Below are positions 51,334-63,788 of a stretch of DNA of 64,000 nucleotides, in pieces (position 1 is the first letter of the stretch; each line of letters begins with the position of its first letter). A program made the position numbers and the translations under genes. Source of the DNA: Octopus sinensis (taxonomy: Eukaryota); the NCBI RefSeq assembly GCF_006345805.1, contig NC_043016.1, positions 18,414,001 to 18,478,000 of the forward strand, in the 5' to 3' direction. Under the pieces are notes generated by a model. The model was not told the origin of the DNA and ran no database searches. It worked only from the letters and a program-made list of their open reading frames with translations.

Positions 51334-51531
51334 AACATGCTTTCTGTGTTATGTCCCAAGAAGATTTTATATATTTTTATATATTTTTCTATGTATTTTT
51401 TTATGTATTTTTATATAATTTTTATGACGAAAAATGCGAGCAATGTATAAGTACGCAGGCAAAGCAGAGTTATAACAGAGTAATTTCTCTTCATTTTTAA
51501 CGGTATTTTTTCATAACGTTTTCAAATAGCC

Positions 51532-51594
51532 AGATAACCGAAGAGATAGTGTTGTGGATTTCCACTTCGGCATCTGAAACTCAGAGTTTTATCT
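51532..51594 (+). ncRNA. Mirror hammerhead-like fold; a 2-nt GA deletion weakens stem II
   Basis: agataa-CCGAAGA-gatagtg..catct-GAAA-ctcagag-TT-ttatct. Confidence 0.5.
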
Positions 51595-51768
51595 TGACTA
51601 CCGAGTAATGTAACATATTGTAAGATAAATTTCCTCTATTTACATAATATTGAGGTCTCTTTCTTTCTTTTGTTATCTTACCGTTTTATCTATATATATA
51701 TTATATATATTATATATATATATATATATATTATATGTGTGTGGTATAAAATCATTTGGTTATCTCCT

Positions 51769-52155
51769 CTTTACTCTCTCTTTTACTTGTTTCAGTCATT
51801 TGACTGCGGTCATGCTGGAGCACCACCTTTAGTCGTGCAAATCGACCCCGGGACTTATTCTTTGTAAGCCCAGTACTTATTGTATCGGTCTCTTTTGCCG
51901 AACCGCTAAGTGACGGGGACGCAAACACACCAGCATCGGTTGTCAAGCAATGCTAGGGGGACAAACACACACGCATACATATATATATCTATACATATAT
52001 ACGAAGGGCTTCTTTCAGTTTCCGTCTACCAAATCCACTCACAAGGCATTGGTCGGCCCGGGGCTATAGCAGAAGACACTTGCCCAAGATGCCACACGGT
52101 GGGACTGAACCCGGGACCATGTGGTTGGTTAGCAAGCTACTTACCACACAGCCAC
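51769..52155 (-). mobile_element. SINE family B
   Basis: Matches consensus. Confidence 0.93.
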
Positions 52156-52324
52156 TGTGTGGCAAAATAATATATAAAATAATAATAATAAAGGGTAAAA
52201 TTAATTAATGAATTAATAATTTTACCAAGTAGTTTAACTGCGATTTCTAAATTTCGGTATGTAGTAAATCAAATTTTGCTGAACCCTAATTATAATTATG
52301 CTTATAATTATAGAATATATATAC

Positions 52325-52357
<33 letters not shown>

Positions 52358-52772
52358 CAAAATCATTTGGTTATCTCCTATGTAGGCAGCTTCGAATTTA
52401 TCAGATGATTTTCTAAAATGAAAATATCGATTGTGCAAGAACATTGTATTATACAAATTTATCATATTGCATCAGAGATAAGTATTAGTTTTTTTGTTTT
52501 TTTTTTTTGCATTATCGTCCGAAGAACTTCATCCATTTTTCTTTTTTTTTTCTTTTTTTTTTTTCTTTTATTGATTTATCGTTTATAACTATAACATCTG
52601 CTCAATCCGTTACGCTGCTATTGATTTTTTCGCATAAACATAACTGTCATTACAATAATTATCAACACCACTTACCTACCACACACACACACAAAAATAA
52701 AACACGTCGCAATAGTGTAGATTACCACTCGACTAAGGATCCCTCACATGACTGATCGGCTTACTAGAAATA

Positions 52773-53101
52773 GCAGGCATGGTTGTGTAGTAAGAAGCTT
52801 ACTTCCCAACTACTGTAGCCTTAGGCCGGTTTGGTAGACGGAAACTGAAAGAAGCCCGTCGTATATATGTATATATATATATATGTATGCGTGTGTGTGT
52901 TTGTGTGTCTGTGTTTGTCCCCCTAGCATTGCTTGACAACCGATGCTGGTGTTTACGTTCCCGTTACTTAGCGGTTCGGCAAAAGGGACCGATAGAATAA
53001 GTACTGGGCTTACAAAAAGAATAAGTCCCGGGGTCGAGTTGCTCGATTAAAGGCGGTGCTCCAGCATGGCCGCAGTCAAATGACTGAAACAAGTAAAAGA
53101 G

Positions 53102-53132
<31 letters not shown>

Positions 53133-53345
53133 CTGTGTTTATCCCCTTCACTATCGCTTGACAACCGGTGTTAGTGTGTTTACGTCCCCCGTAACATAGC
53201 GGCTTGGCAAAAGATACCGATAGAATAAGCACTAAGGTTTACAACGAATAGGTCCTGGGGTCCATTTCCTCGACTAAATCCCCTTTAAGGCGGTACTCCA
53301 GCATGGTCGCAGTCAAATGATTGAAGCAAGTAAAAGAATAAAAGA
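52773..53345 (+). mobile_element. SINE B (internally deleted head) followed by a second, variant 3' half
   Basis: Two tails, ending at ~53104 and ~53345. Confidence 0.88.
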
Positions 53346-53618
53346 ATATTGTCTCATAGAAGAAGACGGCATTTTATCTAACGAAGTCCTGCATATTCCT
53401 GAAGTATTTTGGTTAGAATCGACACGGAACTTAAAAGCAACATCTATAGAACTTCAATTGTTTTTTCGCAGTTGCTAAATTCCATTTTTTTTTTTCATAT
53501 TCATTATCTCAAAGAAAAATTCTTTTCTCGCATAAATAACTGGATATCTTTCTCTAAATATTCGATCCCATTTCTAGTGTCCTTGTTTTGTGTTCGTTTA
53601 TGACTATATTCCACATAC

Positions 53619-53828
53619 CTATTTCTTTACTACCCACAAGGGGCTAAACACAGAGGGGACAAACAAGGACAGGCAAACGGATTAAGTTGATTATATCGAC
53701 CCTAGTGCGTCACTGGTACTTATTTAATCGACCCCGAAAGGATGAAAGGCAAAGTCGACCTCGGTGGAATTTGAACTCAGACGAAAGCACTTCGCCCGGT
53801 GTGCTAACGATTCTGCCAGCTCGCCGCC
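53619..53828 (-). mobile_element. SINE family A with an internal deletion in the head
   Basis: 14-bp TSD tattccacatacct at 53607-53620 and 53830-53843. Confidence 0.92.
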
Positions 53829-55604
53829 TTATTCCACATACCTGTCGTGTACATTCTTATATGAGCATTAGTCAGCTTGTGACTATAGACTTCACGTATC
53901 CAAAATGCAACTCTAAGACGAAACCGAAAGAACAGAGTTACAAATTACTTAACCACACACACACACACGCACGCACACACACACGCACGCACGCACACAC
54001 GCACGCACACACACATACACACACACTCTCTATCTACCTCTCTCTCTCTATCTACTTCTCTACCTCTCTCTCTCTCTACCTCTCTCTCTCTCTATCTACC
54101 TCTCTCTATCTACCTCTACCTCTCTCTCTCTCTCTCTCGTTATCGCTTGGCTTGTCAGATTTCTGGAAGTCTTTCCAAACCGACAACAAACTGATCCGGC
54201 ATCTGATGTCTTGCTGGATAAACTGAGATACAAGAATCATGCCTGTAATGTTAAATTACTTTAATTAGACTTGGAATCTACGCTGACGTGTAAAATAGAC
54301 ACCTGGTGCTAGATGCTGGTTTGTGGGGGAAACTCTAACGTACATCATTATTCTCACAAAGATGCAATCATAATAAAGGTAGAATCTAGATCTACTAAAA
54401 TACCCGTCTAACGACTGCGGCTGCGCATTGGAAGCCAAGTATTTGAGACTTTGTGTTCCGACCTCGATTCGAGCTAACGAAACCCTATTTCATTACACCT
54501 TAATTAAACTCTCTTTAATTGCGTAAACACCGCTTCTTGCGGTGGACTGTCCTGTACAAGGTTTTTTTTTGGGGGGGGGTGTGGTTGTGTGGTTAAGAAG
54601 TTCGATACGTAACTAGACGTTTGTGAGTTCCATCCTACTACGCGACAGCTTTTGAGCAAATAACTTCAATCATGGTCTCGGGTCGACCCAGGCCTTGTGA
54701 TATTTTATTGGAGACTGTAGAAACTCGTCAGAGTTGCCATTCGATTTCTTTAGTCGAAGAACTTTATCGCCCAGTTTAATACAACCACCTGGTCTTTGTG
54801 CCCTTTTAGCAATGTCCATTTTGCAAGTCCTCCATTCTGCAGCAAATTAACTCTTCAGTCAAAAAAAAAATGTTTTTCCACGTGCCACCGAGGTTGTACA
54901 TAAACTGTCAACTACCCCCAGTACTTCGACATAGTGAGCATGACCAGCTGGCTTTATTTTCAGAATACTAGTACGGTACCAACATTGATTGAATCGACTA
55001 TAGCGCTTACCTGCCTTGTACAAAATTAGTCTTGCATTGCAGCTAATCAAAAGAAATCATTATTTGTCATATAGTGGAAATGTAATTATGAATTACTAAC
55101 AATGGCTATCGTTTTTGGACCGTGATCGGAGCAACAGCTGTTGAGCTAAACAATAACTATTGTTACTACCATCAGCGAGCCACCACCACCACCAACATCA
55201 TCGCTATCGCCGCAATCATCATTGGCGCTACCGTTTCCATTGTCGGCAGCGGCTGCAGAATGGCAGAAGAGTTAGCGTAAACGAGAATAAGCCTATTTGT
55301 TCTGAATTCAAATGTCACCAACTTTGCCTCTATTTATTTGGATATATTCATAATCTAAACCTCTTATCCCGTGTCGATTGGTTAACTTGATAGACCTTTA
55401 TTAATATGATTTTTATATCAAGTATTAAATCGTCCTGATTTCAGATAAGAGTTTATTGTTTGGTTCAGCACTGATAAATGAATTTAGATTTCATCTCAAC
55501 CAGATCAATTACTCACAAATTCGTCAATCACTATTTTCATTCTTCATTTTACTAAAAATATAGGGTATCATCTTAGCAGTACTCAGGAATGACCTACATA
55601 GGTG

Positions 55605-55990
55605 GATAGACAGACAGACAGTTAGATAGATGGATGGATGGATGGATGGACAGACGGACAAACGGACGGACGGACAGACAGATGGATAGACGGACGGACG
55701 GACGGGCGGACTGATAGACAGACAGATGGACTGATAGACGGACAGATGGACTGATAGACGGACAGATGGACTGATAGACGGACAGATGGACTGATAGACG
55801 GACAGATGGACTGATAGACGGACAGATGGACTGATAGATGGACAGATGGACTGATAGACGGACAGATGGACTGATAGACGGATAGATGGACTGATAGACG
55901 GATGGATGGATGAATAGATGGACTGATAGATAGATGGACAGATAGATAGAGAGATAGATAGATGGGCAGATAGATAGATAGATAGATTTA
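55605..55990. repeat. GATA/GGAC-derived 20-bp minisatellite (ggacagatggactgatagac)n
   Basis: Direct reading. Confidence 0.93.
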
Positions 55991-56018
55991 GCGTGTAGCT
56001 TACCTGGCCGTTTACACA

Positions 56019-56174
56019 TTAGCGTGCGGTGTAACTCTAACCTTAACTCTAGCCATAAACCCTATCGTTTTCCCTAATTTTAAACATAAATCCCAAACCT
56101 TAACTCTAAACCCTAACCCAGATCGAGTCATTTCACATCGCAGAATATTGATACCGCGATAGACCGCGCGCTAA
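56019..56174. mobile_element. Small MITE-like element with degenerate AACCCT-like internal repeats
   Basis: Inverted repeats ttagcgtgcggt / accgcgcgctaa (11 of 12 match). Confidence 0.45.
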
Positions 56175-56199
56175 AGTAATACCAAATATTGAGCTGTAT

Positions 56200-56267
<68 letters not shown>

Positions 56268-56751
56268 AGTATCTATACTTGGATATAGTTATGTCCCACT
56301 GTACTTTCGATGACCATATCTGCGAATGATACGAACAGTAACTATAATAAACCGTAAAGCAAGTATTTTGTTTACAGCATGCCCCCGCTTCCTGTGATAT
56401 CTATTTCTTCGAGTTACGGAAACTGTAAAACCTTATTTTCTTAATTTTTTTTTTTTTTGAAAAATATAACAAAAACAGTCGTTGTTAAAAATAAAAAAAA
56501 AAACTAGTAATTGGGTCTCGTGTATACCTGTAACCAATGATCTTGTTTATCAAATTCCGATATGAAATTATAAAAAATTCATCCAATCATACACAAGCTA
56601 CAAACTGTACACATGGCTTCTGTTTAAATATGGATTCAGGGTAGACTGGTTAAAATACAAAAAATAGAGAGAAAAAAAACACGTAATTGATGTATACTCG
56701 TGTATATACGTACGTATACGCGAGTACGCAGGTGTGCGAGCGTATGTATGT

Positions 56752-56787
<36 letters not shown>

Positions 56788-57383
56788 CACATACTCACGC
56801 TTACCACCATTTATACGCCTCTCTCTATACACGTGTGTGTATAGAGAGAGGCGTATATACAAGTGTGTGTGTTTGTGTGTGTGTATGTCCGTGTGCGTAT
56901 GTATACTCGCAGGCCAGTTGTTCTTTCTGTGTCAATCCAGTCTTAGTAATGGAACAGGCTTCTCTTTCGATTACTGGTTTCCCAGACCAGCTTGAAGACT
57001 ATAACGAAGTTCGACAAAGGAATCGTATTTAGTAGAACAGGTCTATACATATTCAACAAGAAACCGCTTCTCATATCAGCTATGCAGTGACTCAAGTTAT
57101 TATTGTATGCATAGGATTTTGCTATAAACTAGTGAAGTAATACATTAATATTAATGTTTACACACTAATAAACTTATATCTATTTTTGACCGTTTTATTT
57201 TATTTCTTTTTTAGCTGTTATTTACTTTTTGTTTTTTTTTTGTTTTATCCATAAATTAACGGTCATTTTCCCCCACCCCTACCCCCGTCTTCGATTCGTT
57301 TCCATTTTCACGTTTCCGCGCGCGCACACACCAGAGATATACTTTTGCTTCCTACGTATTTCTCTATCACCCCTTATCACCCC

Positions 57384-57449
<66 letters not shown>

Positions 57450-58352
57450 CTCTATGACTTTCACGATTTCTTAGAAATACACATTATTTTTTAAGTTAAA
57501 ATATGCAGCGTACTAAAAACCTGTTCATACCAATATGAACTCTTGTTTTCACACAATCGAAATACAAACACACACACACACACACATACACCCACACACA
57601 TGAACACGCACATACGTACGCACGCACATACGGACACACGCTTACACACATACTTATACAAACACACTTACACACACGCACACACGTGTCTATTCAGATG
57701 GTCACATTTTCTTTCAGTTTCTCTTCACAAAGTCTGAAGATTTTTGTATATTAACCTCGAGTAGTTTGATCCAATTATCATCCTATTTCTTCCCACTCCG
57801 CACCACCCGTCCGGCGTGATTCTCATTCGTACGTCTAAATATATAAAATGGAAATTACTTACCTTTCTTAATGTTACATAATTAGGAACCATTAACGGAA
57901 AATTTTAGGTCTAAATCCAATATACATTTTTGGGGACAAATGAACGCAAGATTAGTCGAGTGTTTTACGAGTTCGAATCACCTGGTTCGGATTTCGATCC
58001 CACTGTGCGTTCATTTCTTTCCGTCATTCGCTTCTGATTGATCAGTACTTAATGAGTGAAGTTTGGAAGACGGAGATTCTATGTAAGCCCTGCACGCGCG
58101 TTGTGTGGTGAGAGAGAAAGAGAGAGAGAGAGAGGTGGCGCACATACATATGTGTGTGTATGTGTGTGCACATAGACTCGACGAGCTTCTTTCAGTTTTT
58201 GTCTAGCATATCCAATTCGCAAGACTTTGCTTGGCCCGGGGCTACAATAGAAGGCACATCCCGAAGGTATCACGCAATGGGACTAAACTACAAACCACGT
58301 GGTTGAGAACCAAGTTTCCAAACATACAACAACTCCTATATATATATATATA

Positions 58353-58684
58353 TGCGTGGCATCTTGGGCAAGTGTCTTCTGCTATAGCCCCGGGCCGACC
58401 GATGCCTTGTGAGTGGATTTGGTAGACGGAAACTGAAAGAAGCCTGTCGTATATATGTATATATATATATGTCTGTGTGTTTGTGTGTCTGTGTTTTTAC
58501 CTCCTAGCATTGCTTGACAACCGATGCTGGTGTGTTTACATCCCCGTTACTTAGCGGTTCGGCAAAAGAGACCGATAGAATAAGTACTAGGCTTACAAAG
58601 AATAAGTCCCGGGGTCGATTTGATCGACTAAAGGCGGTGCTCCAGCATGGGCCGCAGTCAAAATGACTGAAACAAGTAAAAGAG

Positions 58685-58685
<1 letters not shown>
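58353..58685 (+). mobile_element. SINE family B, 5' truncated; a degenerate inverted B half lies at ~58190-58325
   Basis: Matches consensus. Confidence 0.9.
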
Positions 58686-58777
<92 letters not shown>

Positions 58778-59427
58778 GTGTGTGTGTGTGCGTGTATGTA
58801 GTATATATATCTATATATATATATATATACACACAATCACACACGCACCCACACCGCGAGAGAGAGAGAGAATGAGACTAACCATGTTTATTAGTTTTGT
58901 TTACAAGTGAAAAAGTTTATTATGAATTCCTTTATGCTATAACTGTTACAACACCACATATCAATAACATAATTGTTACTTAAAATGGTGGCACTTTTGT
59001 CAGTATAGAGCAAGACTATTTAACTATTATTTAACATATGTTTATTCCTGAAGTTGATTTCTTTTTTTTCTTTGTGCACGTTTAATCAATGAAATCCTTC
59101 CACACCAAAAATTTGAACAGCTTGGAGACAAGCTTTTTTGTATTTCGTCGTCGATGAGGCTGAGAAGTACCCACAACCGTTTTTGAGTATTTCTCTCGTT
59201 CCCCAGTCAGGTGATATTGTTGCATTGCACTCTTTAGCTTCTGGAGTTGGTGCCTGCACAACGTAAAAATTGGGTACAGAATAAAATTGAACATGTCTGC
59301 ATTTTGGAGAGAACGATTTAACGGTATTTAAGTGAATGAGAACCAGACGCGTGAGAAAATAGATGTGCCAAACAGTTTGCAAGCCAAAAGGCTTAAAATC
59401 GATTTCTCTTTTATTATTTTTTGTTAC

Positions 59428-59812
59428 CTCTTTTACTTGTTTCAGTCATTTGACTGCGGCCATCCTGGAGCATCGCCTTTAGTCGAGCAAATCGACCCCA
59501 GGACTTATTCTTTGTAAGCCTAGTACTTATTCTATCGGTGTCTTTTGCCGAACCGCTAAGTTACGGTGACGTAAACACACCATCATCGGTTGTCAAGCGA
59601 TGTTGGGAAGGGGGCACAAACACAGACACACAAACATATACACACACACACACACATACATATATACATGTATACGATGATCTTCTTTCAGTTTCCGCCT
59701 ACCAAGTCCACTCACAAGTAGAATACACTTTCCCAAGGTGCCACGCGATGGGAATGAACCCGAAACCATGTGGTTGGTAAGCAAGCTACTTACCACACAG
59801 CCACTCCTGCGC
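59428..59812 (-). mobile_element. SINE family B directly downstream of U6
   Basis: Matches consensus, with a small internal deletion. Confidence 0.92.
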
Positions 59813-59816
59813 TTTT

Positions 59817-59917
59817 AAAAAATATGGAACGCTTCACGAATTTGCGTGTCATCCTTGCGCATGGATCATGATAATCTTCTCTGTATCGTTCCAATTTTAG
59901 AATATGCACCATCGTAC
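59817..59917 (-). pseudogene. U6: U6 snRNA pseudogene or variant
   Basis: Minus strand CTAAAATTGGAACGATACAGAGAAGATTA..TGCGCAAGGATGACACGCAAATTCGTGAAGCGTTCCATATTTTTT; ACAGAGA intact, AGC triad changed to ATC, 5' stem-loop shortened or replaced. Confidence 0.93.
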
Positions 59918-60515
59918 TAGATTATATAACTGGTAGAATAGTCAGAAAAGAAAACCAAGTCGGGTGATCTAAGAGATGTATTGCGTGTCAGTGAGGGAAA
60001 TTCTCTAGTCAGCGGCATGCTTTTGAGGAGCATTGCAGTCTGAAATCTTTAAGTGTGGCACATGCATTTCCCCAAATGTCAGAGCATTGCACAAATGTAA
60101 ATCTTCATTGAATTTGTGCAAAATAAAAAAAGTAATCAAAGGGGGTCAATAGATTAAAAAAAAATTGGTTGGTAACCCCTTTCTATTTTAAGAGAAATTG
60201 AAACGAGATATCACGAGAAGTGAACATTTTGTTAAGAGTAAAGTGATTGTACAAGTTCACGTATATGATTATGTGTATATGGTAATGAGAGTGGCAAATG
60301 AGAAGCAATACTTTATGGGATATTTGTGTATATTATTGAAAGTAAAAAAAAAAATAGACAGTAAATGCAATGACCTTTTCTGATTGTAGGCTATTTACTG
60401 GGCTGACTTATTTGAGGAATAGAATGATTCTGTCAGTAATTGGTTTTATCGAGTTGGTTGGTCTAAACGTTCATTCTCTAGTCACATGTATGTCCTTTCC
60501 TCGATTGAAGGACAT

Positions 60516-60908
60516 ATGGATGGAAGCACTCCGTCGGTTACGACGACGAGGCTTCCGGTTGATCCGATCAACGGAACAGCCTGCTCGTGAAATTAACGTG
60601 TAAGTGGCTGAGCACTCCACAGACACGTGTACCCTTAACGTAGTTCTCGGGGATATTCAGCGTGACACAGAGAGTGACAAGGCCGGCCCTTTGAAATACA
60701 GGTACAACAGAAACAGGAAGAAAGAGAGAGAGAGAGAGAAGGTTGTGGTGAAAGAGTACAGCAGGGATCACCACCACCCCCTGCCGGAGCCTCGTGGAGC
60801 TTTAGGTGTTTTCGCTCAATAAACACTCACAACGCCCGGTCTGGGAATGGAAACCGCGATCCTACGACCGCGAGTCCGCTTCCCTAACCACTGGGCCATT
60901 GCGCCTCC
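60516..60908 (-). mobile_element. SINE family C, full length, (TCCA)n tail
   Basis: 9-bp TSD gaaggacat at 60507-60515 and 60909-60917. Confidence 0.94.
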
Positions 60909-61457
60909 GAAGGACATTTATGTGACGGATCAGTAGATTGGAAACACAAAAATCAAGATTCTGATATTTTATACATTTTCGCCACAACGACGCCACAATA
61001 ATCCTCTGTGAAGAGGATTAAACATATGCATGGCAATATGACAATATTTAATGTTATATAGACACACGATAAGTCTTAATCCTAACGTAATACCTCTAGA
61101 TTGTAATTTAGATTTGTCAAAAACTCACAGCAGATGGACATATTGCTGTTCCACCTGGAAGTCGCCTACGTGAGTTAGAAATTCTTCATAGTAACTAAAA
61201 TATTACATTACTTATCTGAAGTTAAAGTTAATCCTTTACACAAGTGGCACAAGCCATCAAAGCCCTTATTTACCTCCCTGTTAGAAAAAAAAATGTAACC
61301 AATATCTCCTTTTTACTTATTGATAGAAAGTTAGTGTGTCACTAGATTAAGGTTCCTTGCTGGGCTGTTAGCTCTCTCTCTCTCAATTCTTTCACCGAAT
61401 AACTGTCTGTCGGGTTTCGATCTCCAGATCAAGTTAAGTACAAAATATAGTAACGGT

Positions 61458-61832
61458 TTAGCGGTATTTCGTCTGCCGTTACGTTCTGAGTTCAAATTCC
61501 GCCGAGGTCGACTTTGACTTTCACCCTTTCGGGGTTCGATTAAATAAGTACCAGTTACGCACTGGGGTCGTCGATATAATCGACTTAATCCGTTTGTCTG
61601 TCCTTGTTTGTCCTCTCTGTGTTAGCCCTTGTGGGTAGTAAAGAAATAGGTATTCGTCTGCTGCTACGTTCTGAGTTCAAATTCCGCCAAGGTCGACTTT
61701 GCCTTTAATCCTTTCGGGGTCGATGAAATAAGTACCAGTTACGCACTGGGTTCGATATAATCGACTTAATCCGTTTGTCTGTCCTTGTTTGTCCTCTCTG
61801 TGTTTAGCCCCTTGTGGGTAGTAAAGAAATAG
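61458..61832 (+). mobile_element. Head-to-tail dimer of SINE A
   Basis: Junction gtaaagaaatag|gtattcgtc. Confidence 0.92.
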
Positions 61833-63172
61833 GTTTAACAAAAATTATATTCTTTTTCGAATTTTTGGTCAAGGCATTATTTGTAATCTACATTTTTCTG
61901 TGTTGACTTTTTTTCTGTTGACTTTTATAGTTTGGTATAATAACTCAAATAGGATATAATTTTTAAATTAGACCCTAAATTGCAACTAAATGGTTTTGGC
62001 TAAGATATTTAATTTTCAGTGGTTTCGTTCACGCGGCTGCAAGTGTTAACTACGGGTCAGATGCAACTCAATTGTAAACAGCGCGAGCGCCAACAATCTA
62101 CCATGTGCACAAGCATGGCCGTCAGATTAAGGAGTTCGCTTTTCAACTGGGACGATTCAGAATCGGTGCGACTGCGCGATACCAGACTAAAGCTCTATGA
62201 ATCAGATTTGGTGGAAAGGAACAATGTGGAATACTATTGAAGGGATTGGAAATGTCCTTGGTTGCTTTAAGAGGAGTACCCATTAATGCAAGACTTGAAC
62301 CTAGATTGCTAGCCTGAGAATAACTTCCTACCTTCCGTCGATAGTGTGGAAGGTAATGAAAATTACCATGGGCGCTATCATTTCTTCTCTGACTAAATTC
62401 CCTATTTTGTTTTTGCTCAGTGCTCCGTTCAATACTTCCTAAATTTCTAAATGTAACACGAAACTATTGGAGTAACGGATGTCTTTACAATCTCACAGAA
62501 GCTCCCATTTACTAAGCGATCAATTCCTTCCATAGTAATGTATATATTGCGAAAATATGATTGCATAATTTTAAACTTTCCTTCACATATTTGAAGAAGG
62601 AGAAAAAAAATCTCTTCTCATTAGTCGTTATATTTCGTTACAGTTTTCTAGCTCCTATGTTCAAAACAAAAATTAAAATAATAGTCATAATAAAGAGAAA
62701 CCTCTAGGTTTTATCTTCGGGAAGAAATAACTTTTGTAGCAGTTGTTTATGATATTGGTTTCATTGTAGATAAGGATGTGGTTTTTTGTTGTCATAAGGC
62801 TTTATATAAATTTTCTCGGATCGTTGACACCAAGTCAAGAAAGCAGTTATGAAGGCTTCCTCGTTCGCGCTAAGTTACTTTTGGTATAATTTTCATACGG
62901 AAATTCCCAACATTTTTAAAATTGTTCATTCTATTTATTTATTTATTTATCTATCTATTGTTGCTGTGGTTATTCTATTTAACTTTGTGGTTGTTATAGG
63001 ACAACAGAGAGGAATTTGTGGTCAATATGTGTACAAGGAAAATGTCAAACTGACAAGGAACGTGGTATAAAATTAGATCACAGCTTTTGTTCCGACTCTC
63101 TATTTTGACAGAAACACTTTCGTCAACACAGGTACAAACTGTACTACCCGAGTCGGTGGCCTTCGCTTAGAT

Positions 63173-63420
63173 CAGGGGTTCTCAACCATTTTTTTACCCA
63201 TGGGCCCTTTTGATTACTATTCCATTCAGGTGAACCCACATACCTATTCGATGTTTAAAAGCTAGTTTTATAGAAACCTCTTTCTAAATTCGTGTTTTGT
63301 TGTTCACACATTAGCTTGTACAGGTGAAACTATGTAAAACGTTTGAGAAAGACACCTGTTTCTTGCAATACATTCCAATACTTACATCTAAAGCAAAACT
63401 TGTGGATCCTCAATTTACTA
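63173..63420 (+). mobile_element. hAT-type MITE remnant
   Basis: Starts caggggttctcaacc (Charlie-like terminus); second terminus not found. Confidence 0.5.
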
Positions 63421-63583
63421 CGATGTTGCGTTGTTCCTCCAAATCTTATATAAATCCTCAAGAGCCATATGAACTCCGGTCGAGAACCATTGCCTTCGAC
63501 GAACGATCTACTTAAAACTCTTCTGTTTAATCCCTCTCTCAGCGTCACACACACAGAATGTATATATATATATATATATATAT

Positions 63584-63788
63584 AGTTAATCCAAACATGA
63601 ACAAAGAGAAAAACACAACAACGCGGGTACTTAGAGCAAGTATAGTGTTATTGGACGCTCAGGAAAGGAAAAGAAAGGATGATTTAACGTTTCGAGCGGA
63701 GCTCTTCGTCAGAAACATAGAAAAATGAAAGGTCCAAGGAAGGGAAGACGGAGAAAGAAAATCGCCAACGATACACACTCGGTCACAA
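63584..63788 (-). mobile_element. Family D element
   Basis: Homologous to 1135-1330. Confidence 0.8.
63682..63716 (-). ncRNA. Minimal type I hammerhead motif with canonical core
   Basis: gttt-CTGACGA-a-gagc(tcc)gctc-GAAA-CG-TT-aaat. Confidence 0.68.

Larger units (their letters stand above)
49587..51690. mobile_element. Head-to-head palindrome of a 5'-truncated Penelope-like element (CxCx5C linker type, Naiad-like)
   Basis: Arms 49587-50606 and 50611-51622 around a 4-nt loop agcg; the right arm continues with a T-rich tail to ~51690. Confidence 0.9.

Noticed and set aside
51400-51480. Possible SECIS in the PLE 3' UTR (some Naiads are reported to encode Sec)
   Set aside because: ATGAC is present but I find no complementary helix II or GA quartet, and the conserved Cys codons read TGT/TGC.
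55160-55390. His-rich ORF and a TM-like stretch in another frame
   Set aside because: Degenerate ACC/ATC microsatellite.
59082-59382. ORFs in unique DNA and an FVVDEA Walker-B-like word
   Set aside because: No recognisable domain or convincing splice-site pair.
394-60908. tRNA genes
   Set aside because: A/B boxes belong to SINE heads; no complete cloverleaf seen.
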